This document shows, piece after piece, positions 51,669-64,000 of a stretch of 64,000 bases of DNA (the first letter of the stretch is position 1; each line of letters begins with the position of its first letter). The stretch is from the NCBI GenBank assembly GCA_951406725.2, contig OX597817.1, positions 161,262,001 to 161,326,000 of the forward strand, written 5' to 3'. The translations under genes and the position numbers were made by a program. The notes beneath the pieces were generated by a model. The model did not search any database. It was not told where the DNA came from and worked only from the letters and a program-made list of their open reading frames with translations. This DNA comes from Octopus vulgaris. Taxonomy: Eukaryota.

Positions 51669-53358
51669 ACATTATATATGTAAAGGGTAAAGACTCACTT
51701 CAGTCATGAATGAACGTGGAATTGCAACTAGAAAGTTACTCTCTATGACACAAATCTGGGCTGGATTGTTTATAGAAGACCATCAGTCGCCCATGCATAC
51801 CCGCCTCCCCTCTCAATGCCACTGATGTTGTCCAAAGGAAAGGCAAAGGCTGATACATTGTGATGTCACAATTCATTTCTGTAGATGAGTGAACTGGAGC
51901 AACATGAAATAAAGTGTTTTGCTCAAGAGCACAATACATAGCCCAGTCCAGGAATTGAACTCAGTACCTCGTGACACTCTAACAACTGAGCCATGCCCCA
52001 TTATATATGTAATAATTGAATTATATATTATGCATTTTCTTGTGTTCTGTTATGTGTGTGAACCCCCAATCTGTAGAAAAATTGTCTTGTATGAAACCAG
52101 TCCATGATGTGAAAAAAGTTAGAGGTTTAGATGTTCCCTGTTATGTACCCCTCTTCAACTATTAGGTTAGCTCTGTTGAAGCAAACTTAGACAGGGCCAA
52201 CCCTGATGGAGAGGGGATGCATAATAGCAACAAGAACAACAACAGCATGGAAAGACTGGAAAATATAGAGTACACACAATACTGCATCATTTTTTGTTGG
52301 GGTTTATATCTATTTTTCCATACCAGCATGAGTTGGATGAAAATCTATTTGAGACAGTAATTCATGACCAAATGTCCTTCCTGTTGCTAACCTATTTCTT
52401 TACTACCCACAAGGGGCTAAACATAGAGGGGACAAACAAGGACAGACAAATGGATTAAGTCGATTATATCGACCCCAGTGTGTAACTGGTACTTATTTAA
52501 TCGACCTAGAAAGGATGAAAGGCAAAGTCGACCTCGGCGGAATTTGAACTCAGAACATAACGGCAGACGAAATACCGCTAAGCATTTTGCTCAGCGTGCT
52601 AACGATTCTGCCAGCTCACCTTCCTGTTGCTAAACATTACCTGTCTTTCAAATGAGGGAGGTTTTATTCTCACCAGGTCTTCAAAAGAGCCAAGTTACAG
52701 AGCAGAGTTCCACCAAAGTAACACTACCACCACCACCACCACAACAACAATAACAACAGCAAGTACAACAAAATAATCAACAACAGGGAGTGTCTTGAAG
52801 CAGATCACAAACTCATTGTTTTAATTTATTTTGGGATATCTTGTAGAATTTCCTGTCTGTAAGAGGTGGTGATACTCATGATGGTTATGGAGAGTATGTT
52901 GATGGTGCTGGTGATGATGATGATGATAAGGTGTGGTATTGTGATGTGGTGGAGGTTGTTAAGGAATAGTGATAATAATGATGATGGTGGTGGTGATAGG
53001 ATAGTATGGTAGTTGATAAAGGAAGGCAGGTACTGGCTATACCAGAGTGGTGGTGGTAGTGGAACATGATAGGTCGTTTCTCATACTCTTTTGTTCTTCA
53101 TTTTGTTTATTATTGTTATTATTATTATTATTATCCTTTTCTTTCAATATTATTTCCATGTCTATCTTTCTTCCTCTCTGTTACTTCCCTGTCTACCTCC
53201 TCTCTCTCACACACACACACACACTCTCTCTCTCACACACACACACACACTCTTTCTCTCTCTCACACACACACACACACTCTCTCTCTCACACACACAC
53301 AATCTCTCTCTCTCACACACACACTCTCTTTCTCTCTCTCACACATACACACTCTCTT

Positions 53359-53389
<31 letters not shown>

Positions 53390-53732
53390 CTCTCTCTCTC
53401 TCTCTTATATTTCTCTCTTCTGTTGACGTCTTTCTCCTCTCTCCTTCTTCTCCGCCGACCACTGCTGTCTCCTCTACATACCACTATCCAGCTTCTACAA
53501 ACACACCATACATGTCTCAGTGAGAAAATCTCAGCCTCTCTCTGTATTGACTCAATGTCTGCGTTAGTTTTTTTTTTTTTTCCTACAACCAACAGTGATG
53601 CAGGGATGTATTGCATCACCAAGCATTCCAGCAGTTAAATTACCAGCTTGTGTACACCTACTGCAACTCTACAGTCTCCCTATATACACCTACTTCTATT
53701 GTATATTTGCTACAGCTGTACTCTGTCTCCCT

Positions 53733-54113
53733 GAGGCGCAATGGCCCAGTGGTTAGGGCAGCGGACTCGCGGTCGTAGGATCGCGGTTTCGATTCCCAGA
53801 CCGGGCGTTGTGAGTGTTTATCGAGCGAAAACACCTAAAGCTCCACGAGGTTCCGGCAGGGGATGGTGGTGATCCCTACTGTACTCTTTCACCACAACTT
53901 TCTCTCACTCTTACTTCCTGTTTCTGTTGTACCTGTATTTCAAGGGGCCGGCCTTGTCACTCTCTGTGTCACGCTTAATCTCCCCGAGAACTACGTTAAG
54001 GGTGCACGTGTCTGTGGAGTGCTCAGCCACTTACACGTTAATTTCATAAGCAGGCTGTTCTGTTGATTCGGATCGACTGGAACCCTCATCGTCGTAACCG
54101 ACGGAGTGCTTCC
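53733..54113 (+). mobile_element. Family C SINE (head + B1 + tail T1)
   Basis: A box tggcccagtgg, B box gtttcgattcc; TSD actctgtctccct at 53720-53732 and 54114-54126. Confidence 0.93.
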
Positions 54114-54127
54114 ACTCTGTCTCCCTA

Positions 54128-54462
54128 GTGAAGGCGCGTGGCTTAGTGGTTAGGGGCATTCTGCTCATGATCATAAGGTCGTGAGTTCAATTCCCGGTGA
54201 TGTGTTGTGTCCTTGAGCAAGACACTTTATTTCACGTTGCTCCAATCCACTCAGCTGGCAAAAATGAGTAGTACCTGTATTTCAAAGGGCCGGCCTTGTC
54301 ACACTCTGTGTCATGCTGAATCTCTCCGAGAACTACGTTAAGGACAGACGTGTGTGTGGAGTGCTCAGCCACTTGCACGCTAATTTCACGAGCAAGCTGT
54401 TCCGTTGATCGTATCAGCTGGGACCCTCGTCATCACAACCGACGAAGTGCTCCTTTTTTTTT
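54128..54462 (+). mobile_element. Family C SINE (head + B2 + tail T1)
   Basis: Body as in the 41 kb copies, tail as in the 53733 copy; followed by acactgtctcccta at 54463-54476. Confidence 0.9.
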
Positions 54463-55050
54463 ACACTGTCTCCCTATGTACACCTACAGCAGTTGTATCC
54501 TGTCTCCCTATATGCACCTTCAACAGCTGGACACTGCCTCTCTGTGTACACCTATTGCATCAGTACAGTCTCCCTATGTACACTTGCTGCAATTTTACAC
54601 TGTCATCCTATATACACTTGTACACTACCTGTAAACTACCCCTCTGTGTACACTAGCTGTATACCACCTCTCTGTACACCTATTGCATCAATAGACTGTC
54701 CCCTTATGTACACTTACTGCAGCTTACACTGTCTCCCTGTATGTACCTGCAACAGCTGTACACTGTCCCTCTGTACACTTACTGCAGTTATACACTGTCT
54801 GAGAGTGATGGATAAGATGTTTTCTGGTATTTCGCTTTGTCCGTTTGTGTTCCATGTTCAAATCCTGTTGACCTCTCCTTCTTGGATCATTACAATAAAT
54901 ATCAGAATTTGGGCTGATAAAATTGACTACATTTACTCATATTAAGCAGATTTAGTCTCGTGTCTATGCTAGAAATCAATATTCTTTGTGTGTGTGTGTG
55001 TACATGTGTATGCATACATGTATGTATACATCTTGCTCTCTATCTACTTA

Positions 55051-55164
<114 letters not shown>

Positions 55165-55281
55165 TTTATTTGTGGGTGTGTGTGTACCAATAGTTTCCTG
55201 TAGGAAGTTCTTTACAATTGTTCAAGTGTACCACATGGGAACATTGGTATTCATCTCCATTTTGTGAAAGGATACCATATT

Positions 55282-55311
<30 letters not shown>

Positions 55312-55312
<1 letters not shown>

Positions 55313-55727
55313 CATCATCATCATCGTCGTTTAACGTCCGTTCTCCATGCTAGCATGGGTTGGACGGTTCGACCGGGGTTCTGGGAAGCCAGAAGGCTGC
55401 ACCAGGCTCCAGTCTAATCTGGCAATGTTTCTACAGCTGGATGCCCTTCCTAACGCCAACCACTCCGTGAGTGTAGTGGGTGCTTTTTACGTGCCACCTG
55501 CACAGGTGCCAGGCGGGGCTGGCAACGGCCACGGTCAGATTGGTGTATTTTATGTGCCACCGGCACGGAAGCCAGTCGAGGCGGTGCTGGCATCGGCCAC
55601 GAGTCGGATAGTGCTTTTTACGTACCACCAGACCAGGGATCCTGGCTGGTTCAATTCGATTTCGATTTCGCTTGCCCCAACATGTCTTCACAAGCAAAGG
55701 GGGTTGGCATGGGTGCCTGTCGTACGG
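55312..55727 (-). mobile_element. Family D retroposon, long copy
   Basis: Three internal ggtgg(c/t)ac(g/a)taaaa units upstream of the shared 3' end. Confidence 0.9.
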
Positions 55728-55749
55728 AATCAATATCACATATTTAATG

Positions 55750-56452
55750 TGTGTTGTAGCTGTGGGATATCATCTAAGGGAGGTTCCTTTAAAGACATAT
55801 AGTATTAAAAAGCACGATATACTTCAAAGCTAAGTGAAATTAAATGACTTTGGAAGTGGACAAGAATGATATTTTGCAGTCATTTCTACTCATTAGTGTT
55901 ATATACTCAACCAACATCCAAGACAAATCCATGACAGCCAGCTAGAAGTATATATAAATAGCATGAAATTTATTTGCTGATGTACAAAAACACTGCACCT
56001 TCCAGGACAATTTCGTTTTACCTATTTTTGAAATATATTGTGTTTTTTTAACATTATACGTCATAAAAATGACCTCTCTTAGATAAATTACCACATCTAC
56101 AAGCTTTTAACAATGTGCATACATTAAATATGTCATATTGTTAATTTTTACATTATTGAGCTGCTTCTAACACAAAATTTGAATTTTGTTCTGCTTGTGC
56201 AGCACTATTTCACATCAGCAAATAGATTATACATTATTTGTATATACTTCTGTCTTTTGTGGATTTGTTTTAGCGGTGGGTTTAGTATATAATAGTGACG
56301 AGCAGAAATGACTGCAAAATATCAATACCTGTCATTCTCATCCACCTCCAGGGCGATTTTCTTTCACCTAGCTTTGATTTATACTGTATTTTTTAACACT
56401 AAATGTCTTTAACAGAGCCTCCCTTAAGCAAAATACCGCAGCCACAAGCATT
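55750..56452. mobile_element. Foldback/MITE-like element with about 240-bp imperfect inverted arms
   Basis: taagggaggttcctttaaagacat / atgtctttaacagagcctccctta; tgatattttgcagtcatttct / agaaatgactgcaaaatatca; tatttgctgatgt / acatcagcaaata. Confidence 0.8.
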
Positions 56453-57294
56453 TAACAGCATGCATACATTTAGCATATACGTATCTTTTACTTATTTCAG
56501 GCATTAAACTGTACCCATTGAGTTTTTAGTGTGTGTCTGTGTGTAATTTAGGGAAAATAAGAATAAACACAAGTTTACAATATACCTCCTACGTGCGTTT
56601 CACCATTATGGCTTTTTGGAGCTTTATTCAAATGCATTTAAATGCTGAAGCCCAACAGATCGTCAGGGAACACTTTATTGTCTGTGAGCATATAATTGCA
56701 CTTGGATTATCCATCGTAGGGCGTCAATGCTACTACAATTGTGAAACGTACGCAGGAAGTATAATATAAATTTATGTTTATCCTTATTTCTCCTACATTA
56801 ATTAATATTACTCGGTATAGAAGTTACTTAACTATACAGGAAGCAGACAGGATTATGATACTCTACGTGGAACTCTAAACATAACAGTAACGGTCGTATA
56901 ATCTATTCGTACACAAAATTTCTACCATACATATATAATTTATATATACGTATGTGCGCGTGTGTGTAAACATTTTTACACGCACACACGTGCGTGTGTA
57001 CAAGCCGAGTTTTTGTTCCCACCGGAAGCACCTTCCTCACAATACACCGCAACTGTATGTTAAGATAAACAAATGCTGGGAGTAAAAAAAATGCTTTCTA
57101 GAGAAAAACAGGAGTGTTTGTCTGTCTTTGTCTGCCTTGTTATTATTGTAAACTTCTGTTATTGTGATTGTTGTTGTTGTTGTCAGCACTACTGATTTTG
57201 TTGTTGTTGTTGTTGCTCCGGCTGCTGCTGATGTCGATGTTGTTCTAACCATCATTGCTATGACGGCGATTGTAGATATTCTCTCTTTGCCGTT

Positions 57295-57516
57295 TTTTAA
57301 ACCCCAGGTCAGCCTTCACTCAGCCAAGCCACGATCCCAGTCATGTTCATCCTATCCATTTATATCTGACATTGTATATCTAGGACTACGTTATCCGATG
57401 TATCCTTTCTCCTTTCTTGAGACGGTAGGGTTTGATATAAAAAATTAAAAAATAAAAAAACTTGGCTGTTATTTCTAGCAAATCAATCGACCGTGAAGAG
57501 GCTTCCTCGTTGGCTT
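57295..57516 (-). mobile_element. Family E interspersed repeat
   Basis: Related segments at about 16100-16275, 21220-21390 and 24940-25020, and tandem decayed copies at 60175-61145. Confidence 0.6.
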
Positions 57517-57569
57517 ATGGTGATAACTTTTTTGTGAACATTAAAACATCTGATGTCAGTTGTAACTTA

Positions 57570-57679
57570 TTGTTACTGCTGCTGCTGCCACTACTACCAC
57601 AATCACCAACACCAACACCACTACTACTACTACTACTACCACCACCACCACTACTACTACAACCACCACCACCGCTACA

Positions 57680-57754
<75 letters not shown>

Positions 57755-57848
57755 GCTGCTGCTGCTTTTGTTATAGTTGCTGTTGTTGCTATTACAGTTC
57801 TTGCTGTAGTTCTTATCGTTGCTGCTGCTGTTGTAGTTGCATTGTAGT
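57570..57848. repeat. (CTA)/(CCA)/(CTG) repeat
   Basis: Direct reading. Confidence 0.95.
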
Positions 57849-58237
57849 TGGTCGGTATGTACCACTGTGAGATACACTCTACTTAACTAAAGTAGTAGAT
57901 ACCACAGAATTGCAGTCCACCAAGCTGTAAGTATGTACCATTAATGTAGCTAGAGTGTGTGATGCCCAAGGTGGCCCTTCCGTTTGCCTTCCCCAAATCC
58001 CCCAAAAAACACATATTGCCTTCAGTAGACCCAAAAGTGCCACCCAGGGCGGACCACCCCTGCCGCACCCTCCTTGCTACACAAGTGGTAGGTACTACAG
58101 AACAGTGCAGTCCACCTAGCTGTAAATAGGTACCACAATAGTCCAGTCTACCTAGCTGTAAGTGGGTCCCACAGAGTGGTATATAACTCGAGTAGACAAT
58201 GGTAGCAGTACTGAATTGACAGGTGATTGTTTGACTT

Positions 58238-58469
58238 AAGGCGGCGAGCTGGCAGAAATGTTAGCATGCTGGGTGAAATGCATAGCCGTATTTCGTCTGC
58301 CGCTACGTTCTGAGTTCAAATTCCACCGAGATCGATTTTGCCTTTCGTCCTTTCGGGGTTGATTAAATAAGTACCAGTTACGCACTGGGGTAGATATAAT
58401 CGTCTTAATCCGTTTGTCTGTCCTTGTTTGTCTTCTCTGTGTTTAGCCCCTTGTGGGCAATAAAGAAAT
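58238..58469 (+). mobile_element. Family A SINE, full length
   Basis: 17-bp TSD aggtgattgtttgactt at 58221-58237 and 58470-58486. Confidence 0.95.
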
Positions 58470-59137
58470 AGGTGATTGTTTGACTTGCTGTTCTGGGTGT
58501 TGGAGTTTGTTTATCAGGGGTAGCTATCGGTGATAGGCTAGTGTCCTGTCTCAGGGGTCAGGATGAGATGATATGGTGCTGTTACTTGGGGGCGTACGAT
58601 TTGGCACAGCTTACTGGACATTCAGCTTGTTTTGGCAACAGTACTTTTGTAGCATTGGAGACAAAAGTATACACACTCACTCACACACACACACACACAC
58701 ACACACACAAGCAAACAGAGAGAGAAAGAAAGAAAGAAAGATAATCATTACAATTGATTAATTGAACATGATTGACATAAACACTTTCCTTCTCATACAT
58801 AAAGAAAAATATGTTCTCAAGCATAAAGAGAGAGAGAGAGAGAGATTGAGAGAGAGAGAGATTGAGAATGGAAGAGAGAGAGATTGAGAATGGAAGAGAG
58901 AGAGAGATTGAGAATGGAAGAGAGAGAGAAATTGAGAGAATGAAAGGGGGAGAGAGAATGGAAAGGAGAGAAAGAGAGAGTGTAAGACAAACATTAAAAC
59001 ATCTGATGTCAATTATGTAGCATATTATGTATGGATCTGTCTTCATGATCCTTATGTATTTATGATCCTAAGTGTATGGATGTCTATATGATCCTTATGA
59101 TTTTGGTTGTTCACAGGTTCATCACCATCACCTTTAA

Positions 59138-59358
59138 CCCTTTCATTACCAACCTGGCTGAAACCGGCTCTGACTCTGAGTACAAATGTCTTGTTTTCCT
59201 AAGTTTTGAATTAAACTCTTCCACCAAACCTTAGTCACAAATTATGTTCCTAACACTAGCTGAATGATAACTAAGTTATTTTAATAAATTCTTTGTTATA
59301 TTTAAAATTAATTTAAAGAAACACAGAGCATCTCAAAAGAAATACAGTAATGAAAGGG
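59138..59358. mobile_element. piggyBac-like MITE (inverted relative to the 3209 copy)
   Basis: TTAA at 59134-59137 and 59359-59362; TIR ccctttcattac...gtaatgaaaggg. Confidence 0.9.
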
Positions 59359-59651
59359 TTAAATGTCCAATTTCATGCTGGCTTGTGTTGTCTAATCAAA
59401 CCTTATGAAGGTGTCTTCTTCATTTCTTGAGCACAACACTTTATTGTAGGGCACCTAGCTCTTAGTAAGAAGAAATAGGAAATCATCTAAGAGTGTTACA
59501 TATGATAGGTTGGTGTCCTAACCAGGAGGACAGCTACCTCTCCACATTTCATTCCACATTGCTTCAGTCAATAGGAATAAGTATCAGGTCATCTGGAGAT
59601 TACCTGTGATACACTGGTGTCTTGTCAAGATTGTGGTATATTGTGTTGTCA

Positions 59652-59883
59652 AGGCAGTAAGCTGGCAGAATTGTTAGCACGCTGGGCGAAATGCTTAGCG
59701 GTATTCCATCTGCCGCTACATTCTGAGTTCAAATTCCGCCAAGGTCGACTTTGCCTTTCATCCTTTCGGGGTCAATTAAATAAGTACCAGTTACGCACTG
59801 GAGTCAATGTAATTGACTTAATCCATGTGTCTGTCCTTGTTTGTCCTCTCTGTGTTTAGCCCCTTGTGGGTAGTAAAGAAATA
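59652..59883 (+). mobile_element. Family A SINE
   Basis: TSD ggtatattgtg(t/c)tgtca at 59635-59651 and 59884-59900; another copy at 61285-61515. Confidence 0.93.
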
Positions 59884-60877
59884 GGTATATTGTGCTGTCA
59901 TTTTTGTTGTTGTTGAAGTCTCATTTCATCTCTAGTCCAACATCCCTGTGTTCAAAGACATTGTAGCCATCTTTTATCTTCCACTTGTTTCAGTCATTAA
60001 ACTGTGGCCATCCTGGGGCACCACCTTGAAGGTTTCGGTCAAACAAATCAACCCCCATAACTTATTTCTTTTTTATAAGTCTGGTACTTTTTCTATTGGT
60101 CCCTTTTGTTGAACTGCTAAGTTATGGGGATGTAAACAAACCAACACTGATTGTCAAGCATTGATTACATAGAAACTTCCTCGTTGGCTTAGGCTTTCTC
60201 ATTGGTTCATGTAGTTGTTGTTGTTGTTGTTGCTCTTGTTATTTAACCCAAGGTCATCCCTGAATCAGTTGACCTATGATCAAAGACATTCCAGCTGTGA
60301 CCACCCTGTCTCTTTTGGTAGGTATTTAGGACTATATTATCTCATGTGTGCCCTTTTTAAAGGTGGTGAAGCATAATCTGAGTGAGATTTAGCTGATATT
60401 TCTCGTAGTAAATCAAGTTCCTCAGTTGTTGGTTGATGCCCTCGATATTATTGCTGTTGTTTAGCCACAGGTCAATCCTGATCAAAGAGGTTCCAACTAT
60501 GACCATCCTGTCATCTTAGAGGTTTCTTTCTAAGATTACATCACCTAATATATTTGTCCTTATTTAAAATAGTGGGAGTTTGATCAGAGGGTTTTAGCTG
60601 TTATTTCTAGCTAGTTTGAATGATCGCACAGAAGCGGTTTTGTTGGCTTGCTGTAGTTGTTGTTTATTGTGGTGTGTTTTTAAAGATGGTAAGGTATAAT
60701 CTGAGAGGGATTTAGCTGATATTCTTAGCAAATCAAGATCCTCCATTGTTCTTGATGTCACTGCTACTGTTTAGCCTCAGGTCATTTCTGATCAAGTTGA
60801 CCTATGGTCAAAGATATTGCAACTGTGACCATCCTGACATCTTAGGGATTTCTTTCTAAGATTACATTACCTAATAT

Positions 60878-61034
60878 AATAAATCTCTGAACAAGGTATA
60901 AACAGTAGCTGCACGACAATGTGAAGTATATTTGCCACTTAAATGTGGCTAACCACTAAGGGTGGATGCTACTGTAGCTTGTAGCTCCAGGAGAACATCT
61001 CCAGCTGGCTATTGACACACTTTCTGTGCCCTAT
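60878..61034 (-). mobile_element. 5'-inverted copy of the 25632-25867 retroposon
   Basis: TSD cattacctaatat at 60865-60877 and 61035-61047. Confidence 0.85.
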
Positions 61035-62152
61035 CATTACCTAATATGTTTGTCCTTATTTCACATAATGGGAGTTTGATTGGAGAGTTTTAACTGCTGT
61101 TTCTAGCTGGTTTGAATGATCACACAGAAGCGGTCTCATTGGCTTGCTGTAGCTGTCATTGTCTTTTGCGATGTGTTTACAGTGTATTGTGATGGAGGTA
61201 TTGTGTAGTATAGTGCGTAGCGTAACATAGTATGTTGTGGTGGTGGTAGTAGTGTGGTTGCTGTGTGGTGTTGTTTGTGATGTAGCAACGAGCTGGCAGA
61301 AACGTTAGCATGTCAGGTGAAATGCGTAGCCATATTTTGTCTGCCACTACGTTCTGAGTTCAAATTCCGCCGAGGTCGACTTTGCCTTTCATCCTTTCGG
61401 CGTCGATAAATTAAGTACCAGTTACGCACTGGGTTCGATGTAATCGACTTAATACCTATGTCTGTCCTTGTTTGTCCCCTCTATGTTTAGCCCCTTGTGG
61501 GTAGTAAAGAAATAGGTAATGTGTGATGCAGTATAGTGTAGTGTTATGTGGTCTAGTCCGGTCTGGTCTGGTCTGGTATGCTGTAGTGTTACATGGTATT
61601 GTGTGGTATATGTTTATGGTACAGCATGATGTAGTGTGTGATATGAAGTGGCCTGGTGTAATGCTGTATGTGCGCGTATGTGTGTGTGTATGAGTATGTA
61701 GCCCATTATGATGCGGAAATAGCGTTGTTTTCTATGGCTTGTAGCATTGTTTTTCTGTGGCTGCTGTTTGCTCTATCTGCCGGTGCTGCTTTGAATGGTT
61801 ACACATAATCAATATTCTACTCTTTTCCAAACAACAACAACAACATCAGCAACAACAACAAAAGTAATCAATATTTCCCCAGTTCTTCCTTTTCGGCTAT
61901 TTGGGAAGAATTCAGTTTCTTTGTTGAATCTTCATTAACCCTTCATCCTGTTGGCAAGGTTCTTTCTAAGGCGACTTGCCGCTGGCAAATAAATCACTTA
62001 CCTGGTTTTCATAGTGGACACTGTAGTGATAATGGTAGTAGTGGAGATTGTGGTAGATGGTAGTGGTGGTGGGGGTTGAGGGTGGTGGTTTGGAAGGTCT
62101 CTCAGGTTTTTTTTTCCCTCTAGCATTGAAATTAAGGATAGATGATATGTGA

Positions 62153-62191
<39 letters not shown>

Positions 62192-62194
<3 letters not shown>

Positions 62195-62376
62195 GCACAT
62201 GAGTGGCTGTATGGTAAGAAGCTTGCTTCCCAACCATATGGTTCCAGGTTCAATCCCACTGCATGGCACCTTGAGCAAGTGTCTTCTACTATAGCCTTGA
62301 GCCGACCAAATCCTTGTGAGTGGATTTGGTAGATGGAAACTGAAAGAAGCCCGTCATATATATATATGTATGTATG

Positions 62377-62412
<36 letters not shown>

Positions 62413-62650
62413 CATATATACATACATACATATATTTATATGTATGTATTTGTGTGTCTGTGTTTGTCTCCCCACCATCACTTGACAACTGATGTTGGGG
62501 TGTTTATGTCCCTGTAACTTAGCAGTTCAGTAAAAGAGACCAATCGAATAAGTACTAGACTTACACAGAATAAGTCCTGGGGTCGCTTTGTTCAACTAAA
62601 AGTGGTGCTCCAGCATGGCCGCAGTCAAATGACTGCAATCAGTAAAAGAA
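62192..62650 (+). mobile_element. Family B SINE, full length
   Basis: Consensus match. Confidence 0.9.
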
Positions 62651-63019
62651 ATATATGTATCCATATATATATATATAATCTTGAATGTGACATTGTGGTG
62701 GTGATGATAATGATAGTGATGATGATAATGATAGTGATGATGATAATGATGGTGGTGATGATGATGATGACAATGGTGTTAGTAGTGGTTGTGGTGTTGA
62801 TAATGGTGATGGTGATGGTTATTTAAACTGTGATGATTGTTTATGGAGATTTGGTAATAATATTGATGATGATGATGATGATGCAGAAATTGCCGTTTGC
62901 ACCTACCAAACCTAACCTGCATATCTTGAGATATACGAGATGAATGTTGGAAGAGTTGGTAGCTGAAATGCTTTACTTAAGGGCCCAACTGAGTACCCAG
63001 ATGAAATTTTGTTTCAGGT

Positions 63020-63411
63020 GGATGGATGGAAGCACTCCGTCGGTTACGACAACGAATGTTCCGGTTGATCCGAATCAACGGAACAGCCTGCTCGTGAAAT
63101 TAACGTGTAAGTGGATGAGCACTCCACAGACACGTGCACCCTTAACGTAGTTCTCGGGGATATTCAGCGTGACACAGGGAGTGACAAGGCCGGCCCTTTG
63201 AAATACAGGTACAACAGAAACAGGAAGTAAGAGTGAGAGAAAGTTGTGGTGAAAGAGTACAGCAGGGATCACCACCATCCCCTGCCGGAGCCTCGTGGAG
63301 CTTTAGGTGTTTTCGCTCGATAAACACTCACAACGCCCGGTCTGGGAATCGAAACCGCGATCCTATGACCGCGAGTCCGCTGCCCTAACCACTAGGCCAT
63401 TGCGCCTCCAC
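63020..63411 (-). mobile_element. Family C SINE (head + B1 + tail T1)
   Basis: TSD tttgtttcaggt at 63008-63019 and 63412-63423; (TCCA)n tail. Confidence 0.95.
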
Positions 63412-63466
63412 TTTGTTTCAGGTATTAGTCAGTCAAACGATTTAACCACAAAGCAATACTGAATCT

Positions 63467-63880
63467 TCATCATCATCATCGTTTAACATCCGCTTTCTAT
63501 GCTAGCATGGGTTGGACGATTTTGACTGAGGGCTGGCGAACCAGATGGCTGAACCAGGCTCCAATCCTGATTTGGCAGAGTTTCTACAGCTGGATGCCCT
63601 TCCTAACGCCAACCACTCCGAGAGTGTAGTGGGTGCTTCTTACGTGCCACCGGTACGGGGACCAGTCAGGCGGTACTGGCAACGATCTCGCTCGAATCTT
63701 TTTACACATGCCACCAGCACAGGTGCCAGTAAGGCGACATTGGTAACGATCACGCTTGAATGGTGCCCTTTTACGTGCCAATGGCACAGAAGCCAGTTGG
63801 CAGCTCTGGCAACGATCATGCTCGGATAGTGCTCTTGGCACCCTACTAGCACGGGGACAACAGTAAGGCAACACTGGTAA
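63467..63880 (-). mobile_element. Family D retroposon, long variant
   Basis: Shared 3' end plus several tgccac/tggcac internal units. Confidence 0.85.
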
Positions 63881-64000
63881 CGCTATTAAGTATTTTGCAT
63901 AAATTTTGTTTCTCTGCACTGAATCAGGATGAAGCTACAAGTAATAGTGTATGCCAAGTATTATCAATTTACACTATCCTGACATAACTTTACATTCATC

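Larger units (their letters stand above)
53640..54800. repeat. Minisatellite of about 33 bp hosting two SINEs
   Basis: Unit tacactgtctccctatgtacaccta(c/t)tgcagctg. Confidence 0.85.

Noticed and set aside
53733-53805. tRNA gene
   Set aside because: A/B boxes present but no acceptor stem; continues into a SINE body flanked by TSDs

Overview
Eukaryotic, AT-rich, repeat-saturated DNA with no supportable host protein-coding gene. Nearly all ORFs in the track are translations of (TA)n/(CA)n/trinucleotide microsatellites or of SINE bodies. The dense compound microsatellites and several high-copy tRNA-derived SINE families look like a coleoid cephalopod (Octopus-like) intron or intergenic region. 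That taxon call is pattern recognition, not a database result. Recognised content: (1) at least 4 SINE/retroposon families in dozens of copies, many with readable target-site duplications (TSDs); (2) RTE-clade LINE 3' fragments; (3) a decayed Penelope-like GIY-YIG endonuclease ORF; (4) non-autonomous Helitrons; (5) piggyBac-like and hAT-like MITEs; (6) minisatellites. Most notable: a near-complete type I hammerhead ribozyme at 4309-4359 (-) in a Penelope-type terminus; a combinatorial head/body/tail SINE system; two piggyBac-like MITEs inserted independently at the same TTAA of another repeat; a local inverted templated insertion; a twin-priming-type inverted retroposon; and multi-layer nests. 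Family labels A-E are my own. Boundaries without a stated TSD are approximate.
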